From positions 13,121-77,120 of the forward strand of contig JAZJXP010000054.1 in NCBI GenBank assembly GCA_040390835.1: a stretch of DNA of 64,000 nt, in the 5' to 3' direction. Both the position numbers and the translations under genes were made by a program. Source of the stretch: Pseudomonadota bacterium. Its GTDB lineage: Bacteria > Pseudomonadota > Gammaproteobacteria > Burkholderiales > Burkholderiaceae_D. Below the pieces are notes generated by a model that did no database searches, was not told where the DNA came from, and worked only from the letters and a program-made list of their open reading frames with translations. This document shows, piece by piece, positions 1 to 8,462 of this stretch (its first letter is position 1; each line of letters begins with the position of its first letter).

Positions 1-144
1 ATTTAATTAATTGCCTTAAAGGTAATAAATATTTTAAATCTTGTCACTTGTGCGCAGCAAAGCGACAAATGGGGTGTTGCCCTGATGCATCTGGCTTTTG
101 TTGCCAGAGGGATTGGATTACTATGCTTATAAACCCCAGGGGAC

Positions 145-2241
145 ATGATGAGACGCCTTATCAATACGCTACGCACCCTGAATTTTGCCTTGCTGCTGAT
201 AGCCCTGCCTCAGTTTGCCAGGGCAGATGAGCCGAGCAATGAAGAGGACCTGGCCCTGGTATATGGTGATAAATCTGTCATCAGTGTTGCCACAGGTTCA
301 GCTCTGCCTTTGCGCCGCGCCCCAGCAGTTGCTACCGTGATTACAGCCGCTGATATAGAAGCGACAGGTGCTACCAGTCTTGATGCCGTGATGGAAACCG
401 TACCGGGCTTGCATGTAGGACGCTCCACCGTATTGAATATGGCTATTTACACCATACGTGGGGTGCGCAGTGCGCTCAGTAATCCACAAGTACTGGTTCT
501 TATCAACGGCACACCGGTTACCAATGCCTATAGCGGTGACCGGGGATTTCTCTCTGCTGACATGCCGCTGGAAAATATCGCCAGGATAGAAGTCATCCGC
601 GGCCCTGGTTCTGCCCTGTATGGTGCCGATGCTTTTTCAGGCGTGATCAATATCGTCACCAAAACTGCCAAAGAACAGGAGGGTACGCGCTTTGGTATCA
701 GACTGGGCTCCTTCAACAGCCGTGACACCTGGGTTTTGCATGGGGGCAAATGGGGTGGCATTGACGTTGCAGCTTCTTTGCAGCATAGCCGCACTGCCGG
801 GCCGCGCGCCCTGGTTGAACGCGATGCGCAAAGCGGGTTTGACCAGTTATTTGGCACCCATGCTTCCCTGGCTCCAGGTTATGAAAATTTTAGTCGTGCC
901 GCTACTGATGGCAATCTGGAACTCGCTTACGAAAAGTGGAATCTGCATCTGGGTTTCATGCACAGGGAAAACATAGGCGCAGGCACTGGCATAGCCCAGG
1001 CACTGGACCCAAGCGGCTGGGGTAGCAGTCGTCGTTTTACCAGCGATTTGAAATACAAAGACCCGGATTTTGCCAAGGACTGGGGGCTGGAGTTGAATGG
1101 TAGTTTTACTTATTACAATGAAAATTCCAGTATCGTGATTTTTCCAGCAGGTGCTTTTGGCGGTGCCTTCAAGGATGGTTTTATCGGTAGCCCTTATCGC
1201 TGGGAAAGGCATGAAAGACTAAATTCTACCCTGCATTACAGTGGTTTTGTCCAGCATCATCTGCGCTTGGGGATAGGAGTATCAAAGGAAGATTTGTACA
1301 AGATACGCGAAACCAAAAATTTCAACCCTGATAATTCACCGATCAATGTTGGCGCTTTTTCTGACCTGGTAGATGTCACTGACACGGTTCCGTATATACG
1401 GCCACACAGCCGCTTGTTGAAGTATGTATATGTGCAGGATGAATGGCAATTTGCCAAGGACTGGACTTTGACTGCAGGCGTGCGGCGTGACCAGTATTCC
1501 GATTTTGGCAATACGACCAATCCCAGGCTGGCTCTGGTATGGGAAGTTGATTACAACCTGACCGCCAAGCTCTTGTACGGCAGTGCTTTTCGCGCCCCCG
1601 CTTTTGAAGAACTGTATGTGATCAACAATCCTGTCGTGAATGGTAACCCGGCGCTAAAGGCCGAAAGAATGCGCACCACTGAATTGGCGTTGAGCTGGCA
1701 AGCGCAACCCGGCTTGCAACTGGGTTTGAATCTGTTTCGTTATCAGATGTCCGACATCATTCGTATCAATAATAATTTTTTGAATGAAAATGGCGGCAGC
1801 CAGAGCGGCCGGGGCTTTGAACTGGAAGCCAGTTGGGATGCGCGCAAGAATTTGCGTCTGGCAGGCAATATTGCTTGTCAGCGCGCCATTGACGATATGA
1901 CACAAAAAGATCCGGGTTTGACGCCGCGACGCCACGCCTATGTGCGGGCAGACTGGCAGCCTGCCGCAGGATGGCGGGTAAATGCGCAAGTCAATTATGT
2001 GGCAGACCGCCAGCGTGAACCTGGTGATACCCGCCCGAATGTCAGGGATTACACCACCGTGGATTTGACACTGGGGACGAATAAAAAATATGCAGGCTGG
2101 GACTGGACTTTGGCAGTGCGTAATCTCTTGAATGCCGATGTGCGCGAACCTAGTCCCTATAGCACGCCATTTGTGAACATGCCAAATGATATACCCATGG
2201 GAGGGCGTTCAATATTTTTGCAATTTGGCTATAAGTTGTAA
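145..2241 (+). CDS. TonB-dependent outer-membrane receptor
   Basis: 698-aa ORF. It has a signal peptide (LLLIALPQFARA/DE) and plug-domain motifs (VITAADIEATGATSLDAVMETVPGL; IEVIRGPGSALYGADAFSGVINIVTK), followed by a long beta-barrel-like region rich in alternating Y/G/N/D. Substrate not inferable. Confidence 0.85.
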   Translation: MMRRLINTLRTLNFALLLIALPQFARADEPSNEEDLALVYGDKSVISVATGSALPLRRAPAVATVITAADIEATGATSLDAVMETVPGLHVGRSTVLNMAIYTIRGVRSALSNPQVLVLINGTPVTNAYSGDRGFLSADMPLENIARIEVIRGPGSALYGADAFSGVINIVTKTAKEQEGTRFGIRLGSFNSRDTWVLHGGKWGGIDVAASLQHSRTAGPRALVERDAQSGFDQLFGTHASLAPGYENFSRAATDGNLELAYEKWNLHLGFMHRENIGAGTGIAQALDPSGWGSSRRFTSDLKYKDPDFAKDWGLELNGSFTYYNENSSIVIFPAGAFGGAFKDGFIGSPYRWERHERLNSTLHYSGFVQHHLRLGIGVSKEDLYKIRETKNFNPDNSPINVGAFSDLVDVTDTVPYIRPHSRLLKYVYVQDEWQFAKDWTLTAGVRRDQYSDFGNTTNPRLALVWEVDYNLTAKLLYGSAFRAPAFEELYVINNPVVNGNPALKAERMRTTELALSWQAQPGLQLGLNLFRYQMSDIIRINNNFLNENGGSQSGRGFELEASWDARKNLRLAGNIACQRAIDDMTQKDPGLTPRRHAYVRADWQPAAGWRVNAQVNYVADRQREPGDTRPNVRDYTTVDLTLGTNKKYAGWDWTLAVRNLLNADVREPSPYSTPFVNMPNDIPMGGRSIFLQFGYKL

Positions 2242-2487
2242 AAATAACAGACGTATTTTACAAAGAATGGCAACCGCTTATCGGACGGACTGCACAGCTT
2301 CAAGAATTTCGATATAGGTGCGTGAGTAAATCTGTTAATGTTGATGGTTCAGTTGAAATACTGATGACGGCGGCGTAATAATTTTTTTTAAAAATAACAT
2401 GCGCTGTATTCGCTGCACTTGCGATATGTATTTAATAAGGATGAGTTGATCCTGTTAGTGAAAACCAGAGAAGGTATGAAACTTTAG

Positions 2488-3666
2488 ATGCTGGAAAACA
2501 GCGCCCTTTATTTTTTTGATATCCATGCTCCCAGTGCCAGTAAAAAAACTGACAGGAAGCCAGGGCTGTTTCAGCACGTCTGGTGGTTTTTCAATATCGC
2601 TTTTGGCATCATGGTTATATTTGCTAATCCAGTCAGCGCAGAACAACCCGCGTTGATGCCAGACTTGGCGATGTTGCAAAACCAGATGCCGCAAGTGCAT
2701 ACGCCGGCACTGGCTCAGGATTTACGCATGGGGCGTCGCTATGGCGAGCATCTGGTATTTGCCGATGCGGCAAGCCAGGGACGACGCCAGGATGTCATCA
2801 CGGGCGGCAGCCTGGCCGTACTGTATCCGGATATGGGCGAGCCTTACCGCAGTATTTTTGCCAAGATCATCGAAGGCATAGAGAGCAAGTCGCGCATGCC
2901 GGTGATAAGTATGCCGATAGGGCCCAAGCTGGAAACCGGGGATTTGAATGCGCAATTGAAACGCAATGGTGTCAAGGTCGTCATTGCCCTTGGCCGTCAG
3001 GGTGTCAAGCTGGCCAGTAGCCTTGACCGTGAGATTGCCGTGGTGGTTGGCGGGGTTTTGAATATCCCGGAGAGTGAAAGCCGCAGCATGACTGGTGTCA
3101 GCCTGATGCCTGACCCGGCACTGCTATTTTCACGCCTGAAAAGCCTGCTGCCAGGTGTCAAAAGAGTCATCGTCGTCTACGACCCCAAAAATAATGAATG
3201 GCTGATCAAGCTGGCCCGTGAAGCTGCCAAGCAACAGGGCCTGGAACTGGTGACGTATGAAGCCAGAGACCTGGCTGGCGCGGCCCATCAGTATGAAGTG
3301 GCCTTTGCCAATGCCGACAAGCGTGACGCTTTATGGTTGCCGCAAGATTCTACGACAGTTGAAGAGGGCAGTATCTTGCCGTTGGTGTTGCGTGAGTCAT
3401 GGAACCGTGGTGTCCCCTTCTTTTCCAGCAGTTTTCTGCATGCCAAAAAAGGGGCCTTGTTTGCTCTTTATCCAAATAATCTGGAATTAGGGCAGAGTCT
3501 GGCCATGGCTGCACAAAGCGCTGTGAGTGGTGATGGCCGCAAGTCCGGTGTGTCGCTATTGCGCGAAGTATTGGTGGCAGTGAATTTGCGTACTGCCAGC
3601 CACATAGGTTTGAATATTGATTATCAAAGCCAGAGAAGTTTTGATTCGATTTTCCCCGAGCCCTGA
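2488..3666 (+). CDS. Periplasmic ABC-type substrate-binding-like protein (COG2984 / ABC_sub_bind-like, from memory), orphan
   Basis: 392-aa ORF. An N-terminal basic stretch plus a hydrophobic segment ends in ANPVSA/EQ, which reads as a signal peptide. The alternating beta-alpha pattern (VLYPDMGEPYRSIFAKIIEGI ... VKVVIALGRQG ... RVIVVYDPKN) is typical of this binding-protein fold. No permease or ATPase gene is adjacent. Confidence 0.6.
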   Translation: MLENSALYFFDIHAPSASKKTDRKPGLFQHVWWFFNIAFGIMVIFANPVSAEQPALMPDLAMLQNQMPQVHTPALAQDLRMGRRYGEHLVFADAASQGRRQDVITGGSLAVLYPDMGEPYRSIFAKIIEGIESKSRMPVISMPIGPKLETGDLNAQLKRNGVKVVIALGRQGVKLASSLDREIAVVVGGVLNIPESESRSMTGVSLMPDPALLFSRLKSLLPGVKRVIVVYDPKNNEWLIKLAREAAKQQGLELVTYEARDLAGAAHQYEVAFANADKRDALWLPQDSTTVEEGSILPLVLRESWNRGVPFFSSSFLHAKKGALFALYPNNLELGQSLAMAAQSAVSGDGRKSGVSLLREVLVAVNLRTASHIGLNIDYQSQRSFDSIFPEP

Positions 3667-3848
3667 ATGAAACTGCGCAGGTGGGTATTGTCATGAACCT
3701 GCATGATGGAAAAGAAAGAAGAGAAGTGAACGAGCCAAGCATGTCATGCATTGATAAGGGTGCTGGCATGATCTTGAATATTCCGGGACATAGTGCTGTT
3801 CACCAATGCAGCTTGCGGGTGAGTGGCCATAAGTAATTTGGTTCAAGT

Positions 3849-6800
3849 ATGAAGTTTTTCAGTAACTACTTTCGCCGCACAGGTTTCAGTCTCCAGCTAA
3901 CGGTCATCATCACGGCCGCCATTCTGGTGCTGGCGCTTTTTTCTTCCATCATGAATTCATGGCAGGCCAGCCATCGCATGCGTGCCTATTTTGTCGTACA
4001 AGGCCAGCAAGTTGCAGAAAATCTGGCCCGCCAAAGCCGCCTGGCGCTGCTATACCACTCCGCAGACAACGCCAGGGAAGTTGTGGCGACGACCCTGGCT
4101 TTTCCTGATGTCCTGCAGGTAGAAATTGCCAATGCCGATCACAAGGTCTTGCTTTCACAAAGCAAGCCAGGTGTGGTTTTGCCACCCTTGAAAACTCATC
4201 CGGCCGGGCCATTGTCGAGTGCCAGGCTGGAACAGGAAAGTGATCAGGACTGGCGTTTCAGTGCCCCGGTGTTTGCCGGTGAAAGTGAAGCTTCCCCTTT
4301 TGAAGTACAGGAAAGCAAACCGCAATTGCTGGGCTATGTGCATGTGGTGGTCGGCAAGACAACGCTCGATAGACTGGTGTCATCTTTGTTGTTGGGCAAC
4401 CTTGGCATTAGCTTTTCATTCGCCCTGATATTGCTGGCCGTAATACGCCTGATGTCGCGGCAAATGATACGTCCGCTGAATCAGTTGTCTGCCCTCATGG
4501 GCCGGGCAGAGGCAGGTGAATCCGGCATGCGTGCCACGCCGGACGGGTCAAAAGACATCATAGAAATGTCGCATGCCTTTAACCAGATGATGGCGGTACT
4601 GGAAGACCGTGAGGCTGAACTCAAGCAATCACGTGATCAGGCCCTGCATGCAGCTGTCATGAAGGCGCAATTTGCTGCCACCGTCAGTCACGAAGTGCGT
4701 ACCCCTTTGAATGGCGTGGTGGGCATGCTCGACATGCTGAAAGAAATGCGCCTCACCAAAAGCCAGCGTGAATGTGTGGATGTGGCCTGGAATTCCTCTC
4801 AGGCCTTGATAGAACTGATCAATGACATCCTCGATTTTTCCAAGATGGAAGCAGGCAAGGTTGAAGTTGAAGAAATCGAATTTGACCTCAATAAACTAGT
4901 GGCCGAAGTACTGGAATTATTATCCAAATCGGCCCAGCAAAAAGGCCTGGAACTGGCTTATCTGGTCGCTGATGATGTGCCCTTGCGCGTCAAGAGCGAC
5001 CCACTGCGCTTACGCCAGATACTCATCAACCTGATTGGCAACGCGGTCAAGTTCACCGAACATGGTGAGATAGCAGTGCGCGTGGTGATGAGCCAGTACC
5101 ATGATCAGGCCGACCCGTCTTCCACGATGATGTTGCGCTTTGAAGTCAGTGATACCGGTATCGGCATGTCGGCAGATGCCGTCGCCAATGTGTTTGAATC
5201 TTTCGCCCAGGCAGACCGCTCAACTACCCGCAAATATGGCGGCACCGGCCTGGGGCTGGCAATCTGCAAGCAACTGGTGGCACTCTTGCATGGGGAAATC
5301 GGTGTCAGCAGCATGCCGGATCAGGGCAGTAATTTTTACTTCAGCATGCAATGTCATGCCAGCAGTACAGAAAAACCTGCGCTGAACAGTGCCAGTGCTG
5401 ATTTGCAGGATGAACGCATACTCATCGTTGACCCGAGTGAAGTAGTCCGCAGTTTCCTGCTGCAACAACTTTCCCGTCACGGCATGTCTTGCCATGCGGT
5501 TGCCAGTGGCGTGCAGGCTTTGGCTTTGCTGGATCAGGCTGCGAAAGATGGAGCGCCACATTCCCTGGTCATCATGGATGTTAGCAGCATGGATGACAAT
5601 GGTGAAGAACTGGCACGCCGCCTGGGCAATGATCATCGCTACAGCGGCATCCGCACTCTGGCGCTGGATCGGAATGGTTGTGTTGGTGAGGTTAATTCCT
5701 CCACTGCTGAAATTTGTCTGAGCAAGCCTGTACACATCGAAAAACTGCTGGAAGCCTTGCGTCATTTACTGCTGACCACAGCCCATGTGCAGACATCCGC
5801 TGCTGTAACTGCAACAGCAGTGACAACGACCGCGAGGGCACCTGCACACATGCCCGTCAGGAGTATGGAAGTGACACGTCATCCATCCAATGGTGGTCAT
5901 GTTGAATGGCGTGTACTGGTGGTCGAAGATAATCGCACCAATCAAATGGTGGCAGCAGGCATGCTCTCGCTTTCTGCCTGCCATTGCGAATTTGCAGGTA
6001 ATGGCAAGGAAGCTGTTGAAGCCGCCCGCCGTAACCGCTATGACCTGATACTCATGGATTGCAGCATGCCAGAAATGGATGGCTATGAAGCTACCGTCAG
6101 GATACGCAGTTATGAAGATGGCCTGGGCAGGCGCACGCCTATCGTGGCGATGACCGCCAATACCCAGCGCGGCGATGCCGAAAAATGCCTGGCGATAGGC
6201 ATGGATGATTATCTGGCCAAACCCATCACGCTGGTGGAATTGCGCCAGAAGCTGGAGCGCTGGCTCACCCATGGCGGCGCAGCAGGACGCGCACTGCCTT
6301 CAGACGGGCAATTGCAGCCACTCGACAATAGCCCGCTGGACCGTGCGGTGTTTGATAAATTGCGCGATATCCTTGGCCCAGGTTTACAACAGACCGTATC
6401 CCTGTTCCTGGAAGACACACCTGTCTATCTGGAGCAATTAAATCAGGGCTTGCAGCAAGGCGATGCTGAAATGGTGCGCGCCATGGCGCATTCCATCAAA
6501 GGCAGCAGTGGCAATCTGGGTGCCACTAATCTTTTGCAGTTCGCCAAAGAAGTTGAACAACTGGCGCTGGAACGGCATTTGTCAGAAATCACACCTTTAC
6601 TGAGCAGCCTGCATCAAGCTTATGAAGCAGTGGCTTCTGAATTGGGCAATGAAGTATTCCTGGAAGACCATGATGTCGTCAGCCACAGCCGCCATGTCGC
6701 TAAAGTGCTGGTGGTCGACGATGACCGCAGCACCCGCAGCACACTGCGTCATACCCTGCAAAGAGATGGCTTCAAAGTCGAGGAAGCTGCAGATGGTTCG

Positions 6801-8399
6801 CAAGCCTTGCTGATGCTCAAGCGCATGCGGCCTGATGTCATCCTCATGGATGCAGTCATGCCTGTCATGGATGGTTTTACCGCCTGCAGCCTGATACAGG
6901 AAATGCCACGTGGCCGCAGCATACCGGTGTTGATGATCACCGCACTGGAAGACAATAGTTCGGTAGAAAGAGCCTTTGCTGCCGGTGCCTCCGACTATAT
7001 CCCCAAGCCTATCCATTTCGCCGTACTGTCGCAGCGCGTGCGCCGCATCATAGAAGCGAATCAGGCGGAGAAACGCATACGCCATCTGGCCTTCAATGAT
7101 GTGCTGACGGGATTGCCGAACCGTACGCAATTCCTCGATCAACTGGGGCGTCGGTTGACCATGGCCAAGGAGAATGTTGAATCAGTGGCTGTGCTTTTCC
7201 TGGACCTGGACAGATTCAAGAACGTCAATGACACTCTCGGCCATGATGTTGGTGACCGCCTGTTGATCGCAGTCGCCCAGCGCATACGTCGCAGCGTACG
7301 TAATGCCGATTGCGTGGCACGACTGGGTGGCGATGAATTTACCGTGGTGCTGAGTGAGCTGGCTGACCCGGCTGCTGCGGCATCGGCTGCGCAAAATATC
7401 TGCCGCACCCTGGCCAAGCCTTTCCAGATAGATAGCCATGATATTTTCGTGACCGCCAGCATAGGTATTTCTGTTTATCCCAGTGATGGCATGGATGTAG
7501 GCACCCTGGTCAAACATGCAGATACCGCCATGTACCGCGCCAAGAAAACCAATACCGACTTTCAGTTTTTTGAAGCGGCGATGGAACATTCCATCTCTGA
7601 GCGGGTGCGACTGGAAAATGATTTACGCCGTGCATTGGAGCGTAATGAACTGGCAGTTTTCTATCAGCCCCAGGCACGCATGGACACTGGTGAGATCATC
7701 GGTACAGAGGCGTTGGTACGCTGGTTCCATCCTACCCGTGGCATGGTGTCACCGCTGGAATTCATCCCCATGGCAGAAGAAACCGGTCTGATTATTGCAC
7801 TCGGTGAATGGGTATTGCGCACGGCCTGCGCCCAGATGCGCAACTGGATGGATAAGGGCATGTCACATCTGCGGGTTGCCGTGAACTTGTCTGTCAGCCA
7901 GTTATTGCAAAAGGATTTTGCCAACACGGTAGAACAAGTCTTGTTCGACACTGGCCTGCCAGCAAAAATGCTGGAACTGGAAATTACTGAAAGCACGCTG
8001 ATGGAGCATGCGCAAGATACCCTGGCCATACTGGACCGCTTGCGTAGCCTTGGTGTCAGACTGACTATTGATGATTTTGGTACTGGCTATTCATCGCTGT
8101 CTTATCTGAAGCGCTTTCCTGTCGATATCATCAAGATAGACCGCTCCTTCGTGCGTGATATTCCCGGTGATGCCGATGATGCTGCCATCGTTACAGGCAT
8201 CATTGCACTGGCGCACAGCCTGAGGCTGGAAGTGGTGGCCGAAGGGGTGGAAACGCGCGAACAACTGGAATTTTTACGCGCTCAATCCTGCGATATCCTG
8301 CAAGGTTTCTATTTGAGTAAACCTATACCGGCGCAGCAGCTGGAAGATGAAATATTGTCGCAAGTGGGCAGCGTATTCCTGGATCAGACAGGTAAATAA
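3849..8399 (+). CDS. Hybrid sensor histidine kinase / response regulator / Hpt / diguanylate cyclase-phosphodiesterase (TM-periplasmic loop-TM-HAMP-HisKA-HATPase-REC-REC-Hpt-REC-GGDEF-EAL)
   Basis: 1516-aa ORF. Motifs read directly:
- H-box SHEVRTPLNG (His281, nt 4689-4691).
- N/G boxes NLIGNAVKFT and DTGIGM..GGTGLGL.
- Receiver-like domain 1, aa ~523-640 (ILIVDPSE..VIMD..LSKP).
- Receiver 2, aa ~688-805 (VLVVEDN..LILMDCSMPEMDG..AMTA..YLAKP).
- Hpt HSIKGSSGNLG (His881).
- Receiver 3, aa ~953-1068 (VLVVDDD..VILMDAVMPVMDG..YIPKP).
- GGDEF with an RNAD I-site five residues upstream.
- EAL motifs (EALVRW, DDFGTGYSSLSYL, KIDRSF, EGVET). Confidence 0.92.
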   Translation: MKFFSNYFRRTGFSLQLTVIITAAILVLALFSSIMNSWQASHRMRAYFVVQGQQVAENLARQSRLALLYHSADNAREVVATTLAFPDVLQVEIANADHKVLLSQSKPGVVLPPLKTHPAGPLSSARLEQESDQDWRFSAPVFAGESEASPFEVQESKPQLLGYVHVVVGKTTLDRLVSSLLLGNLGISFSFALILLAVIRLMSRQMIRPLNQLSALMGRAEAGESGMRATPDGSKDIIEMSHAFNQMMAVLEDREAELKQSRDQALHAAVMKAQFAATVSHEVRTPLNGVVGMLDMLKEMRLTKSQRECVDVAWNSSQALIELINDILDFSKMEAGKVEVEEIEFDLNKLVAEVLELLSKSAQQKGLELAYLVADDVPLRVKSDPLRLRQILINLIGNAVKFTEHGEIAVRVVMSQYHDQADPSSTMMLRFEVSDTGIGMSADAVANVFESFAQADRSTTRKYGGTGLGLAICKQLVALLHGEIGVSSMPDQGSNFYFSMQCHASSTEKPALNSASADLQDERILIVDPSEVVRSFLLQQLSRHGMSCHAVASGVQALALLDQAAKDGAPHSLVIMDVSSMDDNGEELARRLGNDHRYSGIRTLALDRNGCVGEVNSSTAEICLSKPVHIEKLLEALRHLLLTTAHVQTSAAVTATAVTTTARAPAHMPVRSMEVTRHPSNGGHVEWRVLVVEDNRTNQMVAAGMLSLSACHCEFAGNGKEAVEAARRNRYDLILMDCSMPEMDGYEATVRIRSYEDGLGRRTPIVAMTANTQRGDAEKCLAIGMDDYLAKPITLVELRQKLERWLTHGGAAGRALPSDGQLQPLDNSPLDRAVFDKLRDILGPGLQQTVSLFLEDTPVYLEQLNQGLQQGDAEMVRAMAHSIKGSSGNLGATNLLQFAKEVEQLALERHLSEITPLLSSLHQAYEAVASELGNEVFLEDHDVVSHSRHVAKVLVVDDDRSTRSTLRHTLQRDGFKVEEAADGSQALLMLKRMRPDVILMDAVMPVMDGFTACSLIQEMPRGRSIPVLMITALEDNSSVERAFAAGASDYIPKPIHFAVLSQRVRRIIEANQAEKRIRHLAFNDVLTGLPNRTQFLDQLGRRLTMAKENVESVAVLFLDLDRFKNVNDTLGHDVGDRLLIAVAQRIRRSVRNADCVARLGGDEFTVVLSELADPAAAASAAQNICRTLAKPFQIDSHDIFVTASIGISVYPSDGMDVGTLVKHADTAMYRAKKTNTDFQFFEAAMEHSISERVRLENDLRRALERNELAVFYQPQARMDTGEIIGTEALVRWFHPTRGMVSPLEFIPMAEETGLIIALGEWVLRTACAQMRNWMDKGMSHLRVAVNLSVSQLLQKDFANTVEQVLFDTGLPAKMLELEITESTLMEHAQDTLAILDRLRSLGVRLTIDDFGTGYSSLSYLKRFPVDIIKIDRSFVRDIPGDADDAAIVTGIIALAHSLRLEVVAEGVETREQLEFLRAQSCDILQGFYLSKPIPAQQLEDEILSQVGSVFLDQTGK

Positions 8400-8462
8400 A
8401 GTCAGGGGTTGTAGCAGTTTGCTGCAGTCTTGATAAAAATTATTAGAGACATGGATTGATCA

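Noticed and set aside
1-144. Possible cobalamin riboswitch upstream of the TonB-dependent receptor (also checked at 57931-58041 upstream of the PduO-type adenosyltransferase gene)
   Set aside because: I saw no B12-box-like conserved core and none of the multi-stem GC-rich architecture. The regions are short and AT-rich.
5220-6272. Two minus-strand ORFs (181 and 168 aa) inside the hybrid kinase gene
   Set aside because: They are antisense to a continuous 1516-aa ORF that has motifs throughout, and nothing independently supports them.
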